From: Octopus vulgaris
Lineage: Eukaryota
Direction: 5' to 3'
Assembly (NCBI GenBank): GCA_951406725.2
Contig: OX597815.1
Span: 163,494,001-163,558,000 of the forward strand
Length of the DNA stretch: 64,000 nt
Notes under the pieces: model-generated
The model's input: only the letters and a program-made list of their open reading frames with translations
Told to the model about the DNA's origin: nothing
Databases searched by the model: none
Shown here: in pieces, positions 39,519 through 54,254 of the stretch
Position numbering within the stretch: position 1 is the first letter of the stretch
How the letters are laid out: each line of letters begins with the position of its first letter
Made by a program: the position numbers and the translations under genes

Positions 39519-39730
39519 TTGTTCGCCGCCTCCACCGCTTGAAAGTCGGTGTTGGTGTGTTTACGTCCCAATAACTTAGTGTTTCGGCAATAGAGGTCGT
39601 TAGAATAAGTACCAGATATAAAAAAAAAACACATACTGTAGTCGGTACATTCGACTATAAATTCTTCAAGGCGGTGCATGGTATGACCGCAGATTAATGA
39701 CTGAAGCAAGGAAATGATGAAAGATAAAAG
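39305..39730 (+). mobile_element. SINE family B, full length, diverged
   Basis: gtggctgtgtggtaagaagcttg..ccttgggcaagtgtcttctac..(TG)n..gcagattaatgactgaagcaag. Confidence 0.8.
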
Positions 39731-40055
39731 ATGGCTGTCGTAGAATAAATAATATACTTTTATACTTTTACCACGAGGGTCATGCGCAGCGGTTTTCGAG
39801 CCAGAATACGCACGCATTTCCCTGATCAGAATGAACATGCTTCTGTGACTCTAGAATACACAGTTTGGCAAATCAACTCCTTTTGTTTGAAGCATTGGAT
39901 ATGATGAGAGAAATGTTATGCAATATATTTTATTATTTGTGAGTCCATGAAATGACGTAATATCAAATGGAATGTCATAGCAACAGATTCTACGTGCAAT
40001 AGCATCTAGAGGAAGCGTTTAGCTTCCTTTCATTTTGGAATAGGTTTAATCCTCT

Positions 40056-40212
40056 TTGATCATCAACACCTTCGTCGTTATTACCGCCAACAGCACCGCC
40101 ATTATCGACACCATCACCATTACCACCGCTTTCACCAGCACCACTATCGCCACCACCACCATCACCTCTTCTATCATCATCATCATCATCGTCGTCGTCG
40201 TCGTCATCATCG

Positions 40213-40251
<39 letters not shown>

Positions 40252-40690
40252 CCACCATCATCATCATCATCATCATCATCGACACCGTCTTCGTCATTGT
40301 CAAAACCAGTAGCAGCCGCATCATCACAATCACCATCACCATCAAAGCCATTATCACCACCATCACCATCACTACCGCCATCACCACCAAAAACACCACC
40401 ACCATCACCCCCACCGCCAACAACAATTACAACAACACTATCAGCAGCAGCTGTACTAAAACCTTCATTAACATCATCATCATCATCATCATCATCACCA
40501 CCACCACCACTATCACCACTACCATCACCACCACCACCACAATCACCACTACCATCACTACCACCACCATGACCACCAACACCACCAGCAACAAAAACAA
40601 CAACACCCCTACCACTACCTTCACCACCATCATCACAGTCACCGCCACCACCACTGCCACCACAACCATCACAACCACCATCAATATGAT
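40056..40690. repeat. Degenerate (CAT)/(CAC) trinucleotide low-complexity tract
   Basis: Seen directly; open in several frames only because it lacks stops. Confidence 0.9.
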
Positions 40691-40929
40691 CACAAAAATG
40701 TTCATTTGAAAAAAAAACAAAGATGAAAAAGAAATACATTATCTTGTGATTCCAATTCGGTTACAGAAACATCGAAACACTAATGAAATGAGTTAGAATT
40801 AAAGACGAGGAGGAAAGGAAAACACTGTGTGTGTGTGTGTGTGTGTGTGTATGTATATATATATTTTTTTTTCTCTGGATTCAGCTCAGAGCTGCGGCCA
40901 TGCTGATGCACATATATAATTTATATATA

Positions 40930-40969
<40 letters not shown>

Positions 40970-41029
40970 TATATATTATATATACATATATATATATAAA
41001 ACACACATATATATATATGTACATATATG

Positions 41030-41101
<72 letters not shown>

Positions 41102-41773
41102 CACACACACACATATATATATATGACGAAAAAATATATAAACAACAATAAAAACTACATCAATGAAAAGGGTGCATAACTCCAAAAACTGTAACAGTAA
41201 GAATAACAATATTTATGAAGAGAACAACAACAAAAACAGCAACAATCACGAAGACGAGGGTGACGGCGACGGTGACGAATACAACGACAACTAAACAGCA
41301 ACAGCAATAACAATAACACGAATAGTTAGCAACAGTAACCATAAATCTAAAGAAACGCTTGATGAGTTCTGCTGGCAGTTTTGAACGAAACAGCAAGAGT
41401 AATTGACCTGATAAAAGCTTCGTAAATTTCTCCGCTGGTTTCTAAGATCAATGTAGTTGTTTTCTTTTGGCTTCTCGAAGATCTTTTTCAGCGTATGACG
41501 CTTATAATGCTGTTGGTGTTTGTCCTGGTTGTGGTGATGTTAGTGCTGCTGGTAGAGAGAATGGTTTTTGATAATGATTCTGATGCTAGTAAATGCTACC
41601 GGTGATGCTGGAGATACTGAAGATGACAACTCGAGTGTTCGTGTGAAACGTGTAGATAGTAAAAGAAATAATTACATATGTTGCTTAAATTCATTGTAGA
41701 ATCTTTTTTCAATGGTTTAAACGCGTGCACGTTTAACCGGTATAAACATTATAAATGCATCTCTGCGTAAACA

Positions 41774-41885
<112 letters not shown>

Positions 41886-41901
41886 TATGTTTATATATAT
41901 T

Positions 41902-42064
41902 AAGCGCAGGAGTGGCAGTGTGGTAAGAAGTTTGCTTCCTAACCATACGGTCTTGGGTTCAGTCTCACTGCGTGGCACCTAAGGCAATTGTCTTCTACTA
42001 TAGCCACGGGCCGACCAAAGACTTGTGAGTGGATTTGGTGGACGGGAACTGAAAGAAGTCCATC

Positions 42065-42108
<44 letters not shown>
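41902..42108 (+). mobile_element. SINE family B, 5' half
   Basis: gcgcaggagtggcagtgtggtaagaagtttgc..gtgagtggatttggtggacgggaactgaaagaag. Confidence 0.8.
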
Positions 42109-42110
<2 letters not shown>

Positions 42111-42289
42111 GGAGAATTCACGAAAACAACAAAAGACAAAGACAAGTGGTGTAGAAAACAAACAGATGTATTAGCTCGGGAATTGAAAAAAGTCTTTAAC
42201 GTTTCGAACCTACGCTCTTCCACAGAAAGGAACACAGAAAGAAACAAGGAGAGAAAAAAATGTGTGTAGTGGCTACCGATCTATCAATG

Positions 42290-42292
<3 letters not shown>
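42108..42292 (-). mobile_element. Family E element inserted in the SINE B microsatellite; HHR-like motif at 42194-42229
   Basis: Minus strand: CUUU-CUGUGGA-A-GAGC-guag-GUUC-GAAA-CG-UU-AAAG. Confidence 0.7.
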
Positions 42293-42330
<38 letters not shown>

Positions 42331-42629
42331 AGACGGGCTTCTTTTAGTTGCCATCTACTAAACCCACGCAAAGCTACGATAGGCCGGTCATGTTGCAAGG
42401 TTCAGAGGTAATCGTTGGACCCGTGCAGCTGTCGAGTGGTACCTGCACGAGCGGTAGAGACCACATGAAAAACCTACGATCAGGTAGGAAGATGATTTAA
42501 GAAAAATATTTGGAACAACGAGGAGGAGTGCACGATGGAAATAGACCGAACGCTGCGGCCGGCCAGCAGTACCGACTCAGCACCAGACCGCCTAGCCGAT
42601 CCAAGTTATCCAAGTGTGATATATATATA

Positions 42630-43235
42630 TACGAGGTCTGATGAATAAGTATCCAGACTGTTGCCATTGTAGTAAAGCTAAAGCACGCAGAGTGAAGCCG
42701 CTTGGGACAGATTCATCTTGAACTCTGCTGTGCATGCGCACTAAATATTAACGTTCTAGCTCACTTCCGCCGTTTACAGCGTTTACAGCAGTGCTTGGTA
42801 GGAAGTGTTGTAGCATGTGATAGTCGCATTGGCCATGACAGAGAAAGTTGTCATGGCGATACTTGCTCAGAATCCTACATAAAATTGCAGAAAGTCTATG
42901 GAATAGAGTATGAGTCGAACAGAAGTGTACAAGTGTTTCCGACGTTTACAAGATGGCCGAAAAAATGTCAATATTAACGAACGTTCTGGGAGACCCGAAA
43001 CCAGCAGAACTGAGAAAAACATTGCAAATGTGCGTGCAGCTGTGAGGGGAAATCGTCAAATCACCATCCGTGAGTTATCAGAGGATGTGCAGTCCATTAT
43101 CACTGAAGATTTAGGTATGAGACGCGTGTCTACAAAGTTTGTGTCAAAACTGCTTTCAGCTGACCAAAATGACACTGGAGTTTCAGTTGCACAAGATCTC
43201 CTTGATTGGGTTGAGAACGATGAAAAGGTTAAATA
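42630..43235 (+). mobile_element. Mariner 5' remnant: left TIR plus N-terminal HTH region
   Basis: TA-CGAGGTCTG..; LQKVYG / MSRTEVYKCFRRLQDGR..ERSGRP..ITIRELSE..LGMRRVSTKFVSKLLS (WVPxxL-equivalent linker). Confidence 0.85.
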
Positions 43236-43619
43236 GTAATTCCGTTTACGTTTGTGTAACCGAAATATTTTGGTTGGATTATATAGTCATTGGTGTTACA
43301 TTACATTCTATATTCTGTAACTGTCATAATAAACTTTTCTAGGCCTAAACTTTTTGTGGGGAGGGGGATAGTTGATTAGATCGACCCCATAGTTGATTTT
43401 ATCGAGCTCCATAGGACGAAAAGCAAAGTCGACTTCGGCATAATTTGAACTTAGAACGTAAAGGCAGGCGGTCATAATATACAAATATTTCTCATGGCAC
43501 CAGTACACTGTTTACAGATGCTTACATTTTTTATGTTTTCCGCGAATTTTTCACGGGTCCAGCTAGATATTATTATTATTATTATTATTATTATAGACGC
43601 CGCAGAGTATACAATATCG

Positions 43620-44152
43620 TGAGGTTGTTGATTAAAGATATTGTATCTTCCGGGGGTTTGTAATGTTTGTCAAGTCACAACAAGGACCTTAGACAGACTA
43701 CATTACGCAATATGCGTGCAGTTCCAAGTAATTCCGACTTTCGCAATACATCTAAATTGATTGTAGGTTATCTCTAAGGTGGCTGGCATTGAACCTAATG
43801 CTCTGATGACAATAGGGATAACCTTTATGTTCGACCGTCGTAGCTGCCACATTTTAGCGATCTCAATTCTCAGGTCTCCATATTTATCAACTTTTTCTCT
43901 TTCTTTCATGATGATATGTTGATCTCCTGGCACTGCTACGTCGATTATTAGGCACTCTTGTTTGAGTCCTCCTAAAGGTTACTATATCCAGCCTTTGTCT
44001 GTCTGGAAATCAAAGTCCCAGAGATTTTCGCCTTCCCCTTTTCGTCTATTACCTTTTCCAGTGTTTGTTGGTACCAAGCACTCATAACCTCATATCCATA
44101 CTTACGGCATTGTAGCCAGTGGGTGTTTTGGGCAACTTTGTCGTGTCTACGC
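43620..44152 (-). pseudogene. Dong/R4-clade non-LTR 3' fragment (RLE endonuclease) between (TAA)n tracts
   Basis: KRRHDKVAQNTHW..KAKI/WDFDFQTDK..IIDVAVPGDQHIIMKEREKVDKYGDLRIEIAKMW..VIPIVIRALG. Confidence 0.85.
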
Positions 44153-44219
<67 letters not shown>

Positions 44220-44236
44220 CATTATTATTATTATTA

Positions 44237-44292
<56 letters not shown>

Positions 44293-44322
44293 GTCATTAT
44301 TATTATTATTATTACTATTATT

Positions 44323-44540
44323 AAGGCGGTGCGTTGGCATAATCGCTATTACACCAGAGAAACTGCTTAGCGGCATTTCGACCGTCATTATATTTTGAGT
44401 TCAAATTCCGCTGAGGCCGAGTTTTGCCTTTCATCCTTTCGAACTGATAAAATAAGTACCAAACGTGCACTGAGGTCGATGTAATTGATTTGCCCCCTCC
44501 CCTAAAACTACTTCCCGTGTGCCATAATTTGAACCCATTA
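44323..44540 (+). mobile_element. SINE family A (tail type 2)
   Basis: aaggcggtgcgttggc..gagttcaaattccgctgagg..gcctttcatcctttcg. Confidence 0.7.
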
Positions 44541-44564
44541 TTACAAATATTTAACTCTTTTTGC

Positions 44565-44915
44565 GCTTTTACTTGTTTCAGTTATTTGACTGCGGCCATG
44601 CTGGAGCACCGTCTTTTGTCGAGCAAATCGACCCCAGGACTTATTCTTTGTAAGCCTAGTACTTAATTCTATCGGTCTCTTTAAACACACCAGCATCGGT
44701 TGTCATGCGATGTTGGGGGACAAACACAGATACACAAACACACACACACTTATGTATATACATATATACGACGGGCCTCTTTCAGTTTCCGTCTACCAAA
44801 TTCACTCACAAGGCTTTGGTCTGCCCGAGGCTATAGTAGAAGATACTTGCCCAAGGTCCCACGCAGTGGGACTGAACCCGGAACCATGTGGTTGGTAAGC
44901 AAGCTACTTACCACT
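44565..44915 (-). mobile_element. SINE family B
   Basis: Close match to the reverse complement of 1935-2356 with an internal deletion. Confidence 0.85.
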
Positions 44916-45472
44916 TGAACATGAATAATGAATTATGTAAATGTTTGTAAGCAAAACTTTCCTAACGAGGAAACTGCTACACGATAGTTCAACTAGCAAC
45001 AAATAGGAAACAAATCTCCCTAATTTCACATCCTAGCTACCAATCGACAGAAGGGGCAGATATGATAGAGAATGCAGTCCTCAATAGAGAAGAAAAGATT
45101 TGGTCATAGCTGGAATGCCTTTTGCCATGGGTTTGGTTCATCAGGACTGAGAAGGTGTTAACAACCTGTTTACTTGAGAGAAGTGAATAACAATGTCCCT
45201 ACTGATAGGATTATAACTAAGCATCTCATACTTACCAAGCTAAGAAGAAGAAAAAAGGAAAAAGGTTACCACTATTGCACATACAGCAAATTGTCTTTTC
45301 CTCTCAAATCGTGCGCACAAATATTTTATCAGTAATACGAAGCTAACAATCATATTATCTTTCCTCTCCAACTCACTTAGCTTCGACAGAGTTGATATTT
45401 TACCGACGTCTAAAATATTGATTAAATAATGTATTATGAAAAAGAACATGTTATAATGCATACACCTAAAAA

Positions 45473-45523
<51 letters not shown>

Positions 45524-47261
45524 ATATATATATATATATACATACATATGAACATAGTAGTAGGTGCGCCGTCAAGACATATGACTTGTTTTGTCCTTGA
45601 ACTAGCAGGGCCTAACTTTCTCTAAACACGAACACAGCCGATTTCTTTCAGAAAGAAATATGGTCAGACAGAAAGAAAGGAGTGAGATAAAGAGAAGAAT
45701 CGATCACAGGCGATTGAACCTCTACGTATAAACACGGGAGAAAAAAATAGAACTAATAAACACCAGTGACATTAAATATAGTTGAAGTCATATCTGTACT
45801 AATGTGACTGTGAGTTTCGACTTTTGATACAATCGGCCATACTATAGCCTGTCTGGGGTATCAACGAAAGATAAACAGAGGAAACATAGAATCAAAAGAA
45901 AATAGTGAAAATCTCTAAAGCTCAGCTTGCTTCTTAGAACAAAAATCATAGCAAAGTAAAAGAAAGCAGATACTATATGTAGGTAATTTTTACCAGCATA
46001 TCGCTTGATTGTTAGAACAATATTTGGTAATGAAGTTGTAGAAGAAATTGCTAAAACGTCACGCTCGTTAATATAGTCTGCAGAATAATAATTCCCTTGT
46101 CTTGTAACAGTGAAGCGTATATTTCTTTGGAAGTAGACAAATCGAATTGTTTCTTTATAATTTAATAAGTCAACCGAAATTAGCAGGAAAACGTAACTTA
46201 TTTGTTTCAGTTAAAGAAAGAACCAGAATAAGAAACCTGTCTTCATATTGCAAAGTTTCCAGAATATACTAGAAGCAACAATATACCGGATATTCAGAAA
46301 ATATTAGGGAAATGTATAAGGATAACTTGTGTTAGGTTTATGAAAAGTCACACGGCATGGTTTTACGTTTTACTTCATTGGGAAAGTAACTCATTCTGAA
46401 TACACAATGTAATTACTGATTTCTGTGCGCAAAACCCTTTGGTGGAAAACATTGTGAAGAATATGGAGTCTTTAATAGATCAGGTTGTATTAATAGCAGT
46501 TTTATGAAATCGAGACCTCTTAAAACTCTTCCCCTCAAACAGCTTTGTACAACTACAATTTTACGTGTACACTTAATTTTGTACACTGTAGTTAAAGGGT
46601 GACAGTATTCTTTCGTGTTCACAAGTTGTAAAGCAAATTGAAAGCATTTTTATTCTTGTTTCAGTCAGAACAAGAATTGTTATTCTACCGTTAAAGTAAA
46701 TTTTGATGTGGCAAGCTATATTACATTAGTCAACTATTTGGGTCTTTGAACTGTTGCGTGAATACTACTAGGTAGGAACCAAATAGATTCATTCCTATTG
46801 CCACAGTAATTTCAAATGTGTATGTGATTAAACTTGATCCTGCCTGTACTTCATGCGGATATAATTGTTCCTTGCTAGTAAATTTTGCAACATATATGAT
46901 ATAGTTACCTTCGTAAAGGGGTATCTGAAGTAAAGAAAGGTTAAAAGAATCTAAAATGAATTTCGATATTTAACTACAGAAAGTTGTATTTCGATTAAAA
47001 AAAAGTTTACGTCCGTTTCATTTGAATTTGATTCTACAGCCACTGCAGAAGAGCTAGCAGTTATTTCAAGTGATCATTATCTGAAGATGAAACATACTGA
47101 AGTACGACATAACATACTTCGGAGTTCTTTGAAAACTAAGTTTTCAGAAATCATTCAAATGTGTGCGTGCGTACGTACGTACGTATGTATGTATGTATGT
47201 ATGTATGTATGTATGTATGTATGTATGTATGTATGTATGTATGTATGTATGTGTATGTATG

Positions 47262-47319
<58 letters not shown>

Positions 47320-47969
47320 CTATCTATCTATATTTAACTAAAGGAATACATATACAAAAATAAGAAAACGTGTAGGTATATATCTCAAATATGTCCAAAT
47401 TTGAAAGAGGTAGCCAAAAATACAAAACATACAGTTCGTGGCTTTGTTCGAAACACAGGTAAAAATAATTCATTCATTTTACTTAAAGAAATTGTGTGCT
47501 TATAATTAATAGAATGTTTACCTTGTGGATCGTATTTGCTAAGATTGTCTATCCGGTGATTCGAATAAGGAAACGGTACCTTTTCCCATTTTCTGACAAT
47601 TAGACTTCTTCGAAAAAAAAAGGGGATGGGGATTCTATCCACGGTCACTCCACACTGCTAGATTTATCAACGAAATTCTCTAAAACGGAACCCTTACATT
47701 ATAATAAATTGAACTTTGTAGGATTAGATATTCAAAGCGAAGGATCACTAAGGCTCTGGTCAATCAAGGTCAATATGAGGGCTGAACGCCTCTACCAACA
47801 TCATCAACAATAAAAATAACAACCGTAGCAGCAACAACATAAATTCGTACTTCTTACGTTTGTCTTCAGATTTTTATACTTCATACAAACAATACCAGTT
47901 TCTGAACATTCTTAATCTTCATACAAAGTAACTTTAGGCGGTCGACCGATCGGATAGATATTACTGTTG

Positions 47970-48025
47970 AATTCTTTTCTCTTTTCTTGTTTTCTTCTCC
48001 TTCTTACAATTTCTCTTTCTTTCTC

Positions 48026-48092
<67 letters not shown>

Positions 48093-48150
48093 CTCTCTCT
48101 CTCTCCCTTTCTTTCTTTCTTTCTTTCTTTCTTCTTTCTCTCTCTCTCTC

Positions 48151-48212
<62 letters not shown>

Positions 48213-48230
48213 CTCTCTCTCTCTCTCTCC

Positions 48231-48277
<47 letters not shown>

Positions 48278-48306
48278 TTTTTCTTTCTTTCTTTCTTTCT
48301 CTCTCC

Positions 48307-48344
<38 letters not shown>

Positions 48345-48374
48345 GTCTTTCTTCCTTTCTTTATGTTTTCCCCT

Positions 48375-48446
<72 letters not shown>

Positions 48447-48655
48447 GTTTTCTTCCTTCCTTTCTTTCTTTCTTTCTTGTTTTCTTCCTTCCTTTCTTTC
48501 TTTCTTTCTTTTCCTTCCTTCCTTTCTTTCTTTTTCCTTTCTTTGTTTCTTTTTCTTCCTTTCTTTTTCTTTCTTTCCTTCCTTCTTTCTTTCTTTCCTT
48601 CTTTCTTTCTTTCCTTCTTTCTTTCTTTCCTTCTTTCTTTGTTTCTTTCTTTCCC
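47970..48655. repeat. (CTTT)n/(CT)n polypyrimidine tract of about 690 bp
   Basis: Seen directly. Confidence 0.95.
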
Positions 48656-49557
48656 AAAAAGACCCCGCCGAGTCTTAATAAAGTAGAATACATCGAATAA
48701 TGTAGTCCTTGATACACTTGTCTCTGAATAAAATACAGTGTTGCCCGGGTCAGAAGACATTTCATCGTACATTCGCAACGCAAGGAAGGACTGAGCAGAG
48801 AGGCTTTGAAACCACAGCAGTAAACAACATACAACGTCACCTATAACAACATCACCACCAACAACACCAACACTGCTGCTACCATCACCATCAACACCAT
48901 CATCACCACCATCACCACCAACACCACCAACACCGCCAGCACATAGCAGCTGCGCCAGCATCACAAAAAATAACAGCCGTTTCAAGTAGAGATGCTTGAA
49001 TTTAGTGAGATGTGATGCGCATCCTCTAGTACTTCAAAAGACTGATAGCAAAATGATACAATAAATCTGTTACGAAGAAGAACTAAGCTGATAGCAAGTT
49101 AGCAGACAACCTCGACTTGGTAATAATCAAGTAAATAAATAAATGAATAAATAAATAAATAAATAAATAAATAGATAAATAAAAATCAAGGGATGTAAGC
49201 TGCAGTAAAAAGTAATGTCAATTAATAAATACATCCAGTACCACTCCTAAAAAATCGTAATAAGATTGAATCTCGTCTAATCCTAAATATAGTTGCGGTT
49301 TTTGTATTTGATGCTGACTCGGGACAAACTCTCTGACATAACATTGATAAAGCGTAAGAAAGGGAAAAAAAATTAATATCTTCTCTAGTCTTCATCGATA
49401 TTTATTTCAGATAACAACTTGTTCTGATAACAGTGTATTTTTCTCTTCCCTACAGTTCTACAAAGATTCTTGTGAAATTCTCTCTAAAGTGAAAGTAGCG
49501 ATAATTCAGCTCGCCAAGAATTTTCATGAGTGTTATTCACCTAACTCTCCTCCTTTC

Positions 49558-49606
<49 letters not shown>

Positions 49607-49710
49607 GATTCCCTCTTACATCTCTCTCATATTTCTAACAATTACATTCTCTTTAAAAAAGTAGAGTTGCAAGGAAAAAAGACAAAATAAGAAAGAAACT
49701 AAGTACTGTA

Positions 49711-49743
<33 letters not shown>

Positions 49744-49855
49744 GCGGCCAGGATAATGATGGCAACAACGATGAGCCATCGTCCTGGTCATCATCATCAT
49801 CGTCATCATCATCATATCATCAACTTATTGACCATCATCTTCATCATCCTCATCA

Positions 49856-49909
<54 letters not shown>

Positions 49910-49925
49910 TTATTATTATTATTAT

Positions 49926-49979
<54 letters not shown>

Positions 49980-50642
49980 CAGTAGTAGTAGTAGTAGTTT
50001 GTTGTTGTTGTAGGAGTAGTAGTAATAGTCGTAGGGCATCATATCCACCACAAATGACAAAAATCATTATCAACAGTACAATATCTGGGATAAAAATAGT
50101 ATAAACACGCTCAGCTCTCCAAGATTGCAATTATCGGAAAATTGCGCGTTCGCTTCAAGAATGGTTTTGGCATTTTGGAAAAATGTGATTTTTACCCTCG
50201 TAATTTTCACTATTGGAAAGCTGTGACTGTCATGTTATTTACTAAGATTTTCCCCCATTCTTTCTTCCCAATTTCACACGCACACTGGCGTACACATACG
50301 CACCCGTGTATACGGACGCATTCACATATACATACATAGTATGTACTTACATATATATATATATATACATACAAGCGTGTGAGTATATGTGTGTGTGTGT
50401 GTAAGTGTGTGTAAGTGTGTGTGTGTGTAAGTGTATGTTTTTATGTGTAATTATCTATATGCATGCTGGTAAGGAAGGAGTATGCTGTTAAAATTTGGTA
50501 TTCGGTTATTATGTACGCGCACGCATATGCATCCCCACGCATATACACATACATGCACAACACATAGAAACAGTTACACCTCCCTAAGATATACATATAT
50601 ATATGTATGTATGTATGTATGCATATATGTATGTATGTATGA

Positions 50643-50677
<35 letters not shown>

Positions 50678-50688
50678 TGTATGTATGA

Positions 50689-50732
<44 letters not shown>

Positions 50733-50987
50733 TTCATATATACATATATATATATACATATATACGAAAATACATATCATACATACATACATATATATAT
50801 ATATATATGTATGTATGTTTGTATGTATGTGTGTGCGTATATATTTATGTATATGTATATACATATAGACATTCATTCATATACACGCATATACATAAAT
50901 ACTTGTGTCCGTGTAATGCTTATTATACACATGCTTACAATTATATAACATGATATACACAGCAAAGGAGACACACGTATACACACA

Positions 50988-51050
<63 letters not shown>

Positions 51051-51929
51051 GCAATGTACAGATGTATATTGATTTGTACATACGCACATAGACAAAGCTG
51101 TGTGTGAAAGGAATTTATGTGCGATTTGGCTCAGTATTCATAGGGAAAACCATAATAGCTTTATGAAAGTCATGTTTATTATATTTGGCAGGAATCTAAG
51201 AAACTAATAAACAATTGTTCCTGATAATAACAAATTATCATTTCTGAACTTTGCTACAACTATTAATGAAAACACATATAGCATTGCCATGTGTAGGCAG
51301 GCTTGGTTGTGTGTTGTTAAAAGGTTCGCTTCACTACAGCATTTGGTCGAGTTCGAATGTACTGTTTTGTGTTTGGTATGTCTTCTCCCATAAGCTTGCT
51401 TCACAAAAACCTGGTGATTGAAATTTGGTTGATGAAAAACTATGGAATTACTTAGGAGATATCTGTTTCTGTTCTAGATTGTTAGACGCAATTCATCATC
51501 CTGCGTGACACAAAATGGCTAACAATCTCTGTGGTGATTTTTTTTACAAGAATTCACCTTGCTTCAAAGGCATCAAATGTATTAAATGGTTTACAACGCC
51601 ATTTGAAGAATATGGTTATTCCCATTACAAAAAAATTATATAGAATAAAATAAATAAATAAATAGTTATGGCTCTTGGGTAAAGAAACTCGATTTCTAAT
51701 CACGTGGTTTCGTGGTCAGTTCCACTACATTGCATTTTTGGCAAAAGCCCTCTTCTATTGCCGTAGGCTGATCAGTGACTTGTGAGTGAACTTGGCAGAC
51801 GGCTACACCCATACACACACAAACACACACAGGCATACATGCACACAAACACACAAACACACATACACACACACGCACAAACACACGTACACACACATAC
51901 ACGAGTATACACAAAAAGGAAAAACGCGG

Positions 51930-52128
51930 TGGAAAAAAATAGTACTCGAATACCAAAGGTAGAGTAATATGCTTTTTTATTAAAGCTGTAAAAGCATCAT
52001 AAAAGAGCTTTTACTCAGAGTTTCAAGTTTTCGTTCGTCAGACTGTTGTGATCAAGACTGATCACAACTGTTCAACGAATGGAAACGTGAAGCTCAAAGT
52101 AGCATTTTGTTTGTGATGTTTTTGCAGC
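51930..52128 (-). mobile_element. PLE-terminus-like element with an inverted duplication and an HHR motif
   Basis: Minus strand CUGACGA-ACGaaaacuu-GAAA-CUCUGAG-UA at 52012-52041; imperfect palindrome 51985-52128; related decayed copy at about 25480-25590. Confidence 0.6.
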
Positions 52129-52196
<68 letters not shown>

Positions 52197-52734
52197 TAGA
52201 CAGAGAGAGAGAGAGGGGCAATTATGCGGATAACCAAATTAGATATGTTACATATAGCAGATTGGGTATGAAATACAAAATATGTTTATATGTATACATG
52301 CAAACACGAGAAAGCAAAAAGTCTTCACTCTACTTTCTCTCATTTTGCATGTATACATATATACATATTTTGTATTTCATACACAAACTGTTATATTTAA
52401 TATATTTCATTTGTCTATCCGCATAGTTGCCTCCGTATCCGCTCAACTTGATCCCTTTTATAGTCATTCTTTACCCTGTGGGATTGGTCCCTTGTAAAGA
52501 CATTGGATTCTACGTTTTAATCATTTGAGCAGTACTAAGTATCTTCTATACTGAGAATCTGTCGATCTCATCTGCTGACTGTATGTATATATATATATAT
52601 ATATATACGTACAAACGCAAACACACACGTGTACACACACAAGTATGGTGATGTGAGCAGGAAAATAGAACTCAAAATATGAATATATGTATATTTTATT
52701 AATATTTAGCAGAGGCAACAGAGTGATTCAAAGT

Positions 52735-53260
52735 CCGTGAGTTTCGTTCGTTGGCACGTGAAAGGCTTGATAGAAGGGAAGTAATCTAAAGTGAAAATCA
52801 ACAATGGTTCAATTGATTCGGGTTAAAAGCAGAAAAAGAGGAGACAGATTCATGCTGCGGACGACCAGTATCTGGCCACATTCAACAATAAAAATGATAT
52901 CAAGGAAAAGGAATCCTAAGACCAAGCGCAGTATGTAGAACCAGTACAATGAAATAATTGCTTATATCATCTCTGGTTGCCCAGTTTTTGCCAAATCTGT
53001 GTATATACACAGGCATGATCGTGTTGACAAATACATTCACATTCGCTGAGTAATAAGACGACACTTCTATGCGAAAACAAATAAGTGGTACAAGTATGTA
53101 CCCAACACAATACATGACAATGACCTGGAAAAATTATCAGGAATAAGGCCACTCAAACTGACAAGCAGATCAAGGTAACAAACCAGATATTATAATTGTA
53201 GATTGGAAACTAAAACACATGGGTACTGATAGACAACACCATATGTCTATCAGCTTTCAT
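52735..53260 (+). pseudogene. Old Dong/R4 fragment (zinc knuckle to RLE)
   Basis: HAADDQYLAT..IAYIISGCPVFAKSVYIHRHDRV..KWYKYVP..QTDKQIK..NKPDIIIVD. Confidence 0.7.
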
Positions 53261-53269
53261 ATAATAAAC

Positions 53270-53319
<50 letters not shown>

Positions 53320-53333
53320 TTAATAATAATAAT

Positions 53334-53645
53334 ATCGTAGGAGCACTAGGAATGATCAAGAAGGGAACCGAAAATTATATGAGAATGATCCCTGGCTTAC
53401 CATCCCTGCAAGAAGTGCAAAAGATTGTCTTAACTGGTACATCACACGTATTGAGAAGAGCATTGTCGATGTGAGAACTGTTGCTGCTCATGTATTTTAA
53501 TTTAACTTAAAAAAATAAAAAAAATGAACGAACTATTGAGTTTGGTTTAATGGCCTACCAATGTATACTATGAGTTTCTTTTCCCTAGGAGTCGGGAAGA
53601 CACTCGGCAAGAAATGGAAGCAAATTTGAAAGAAGAAAAAAAAAG
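53334..53645 (+). mobile_element. Dong/R4 extreme 3' end between (TAA)n tracts
   Basis: IVGALGMIKKGTENYMRMIPGLPSLQEVQKIVLTGTSHVLRRALSM*, 3' UTR, then (TAA)n. Confidence 0.85.
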
Positions 53646-54254
53646 TAATAATAATAATAATAATAATCATAATATGAAACATTGTTGCTCTCAGGCACCT
53701 TGCCACAGAAAGACAAGTGTGTGAAAATATAAACAGCACGCGGAGATGCGATTCGCCTATACAAGAATTGAAGCAATACGCGAGAATGCAATGTCGCTAA
53801 AAAACAAAAACAAAAAAAAAACCTGTGAAATCTTATATGCAGTTTCATTTCAACACAAATACACATAAATGTAATGTTTATATGATTCATACATGCACTC
53901 GTACATTTCGTACATGGACAAGACAACGTAGAATACACAGTGTCCAAAAAATTAAAAGAGACACATAATAATAGCAATAAATACAAACTGTAGTACGTCT
54001 CATTTAAATAGAGAAAAAAACAGATATACTCGGTAATAAAAAAAATCGAAAACAAATAAAGGCGAATTTTTATCTATGAGCTTGAGGCGCTCAAGATACG
54101 AAAGCAAAAATAGCATACAGCCAGAGACGGTGCTCTGCCAAAAAGTTAACTCTACATAAGCAGGTCCCTCTCCTGATGTCACTGCCCAAGCGAAAAACAA
54201 AATCAAAAGAGAACGGTGGACAGATAACGACAGTAGTAGAAGTAAAGAGAGCAC

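Noticed and set aside
39990-40739. 249-aa Gly/Asp-rich ORF
   Set aside because: Trinucleotide low-complexity sequence open in several frames on both strands.
41614-41660. CTGAAGA..GAAACGTGTA as a hammerhead
   Set aside because: Neither stem I nor stem II pairs convincingly.
43540-43566. Hairpin plus CTAG resembling a Helitron 3' end
   Set aside because: No matching 5' TC terminus could be identified.
47912-48985. 357-aa ORF with a signal-peptide-like start and a Lys/Glu/Arg-rich tail
   Set aside because: It has a non-ATG start, and most of it is (AAAG)n and (GGT)n repeat; the unique part (48660-48830) shows no recognisable motif.
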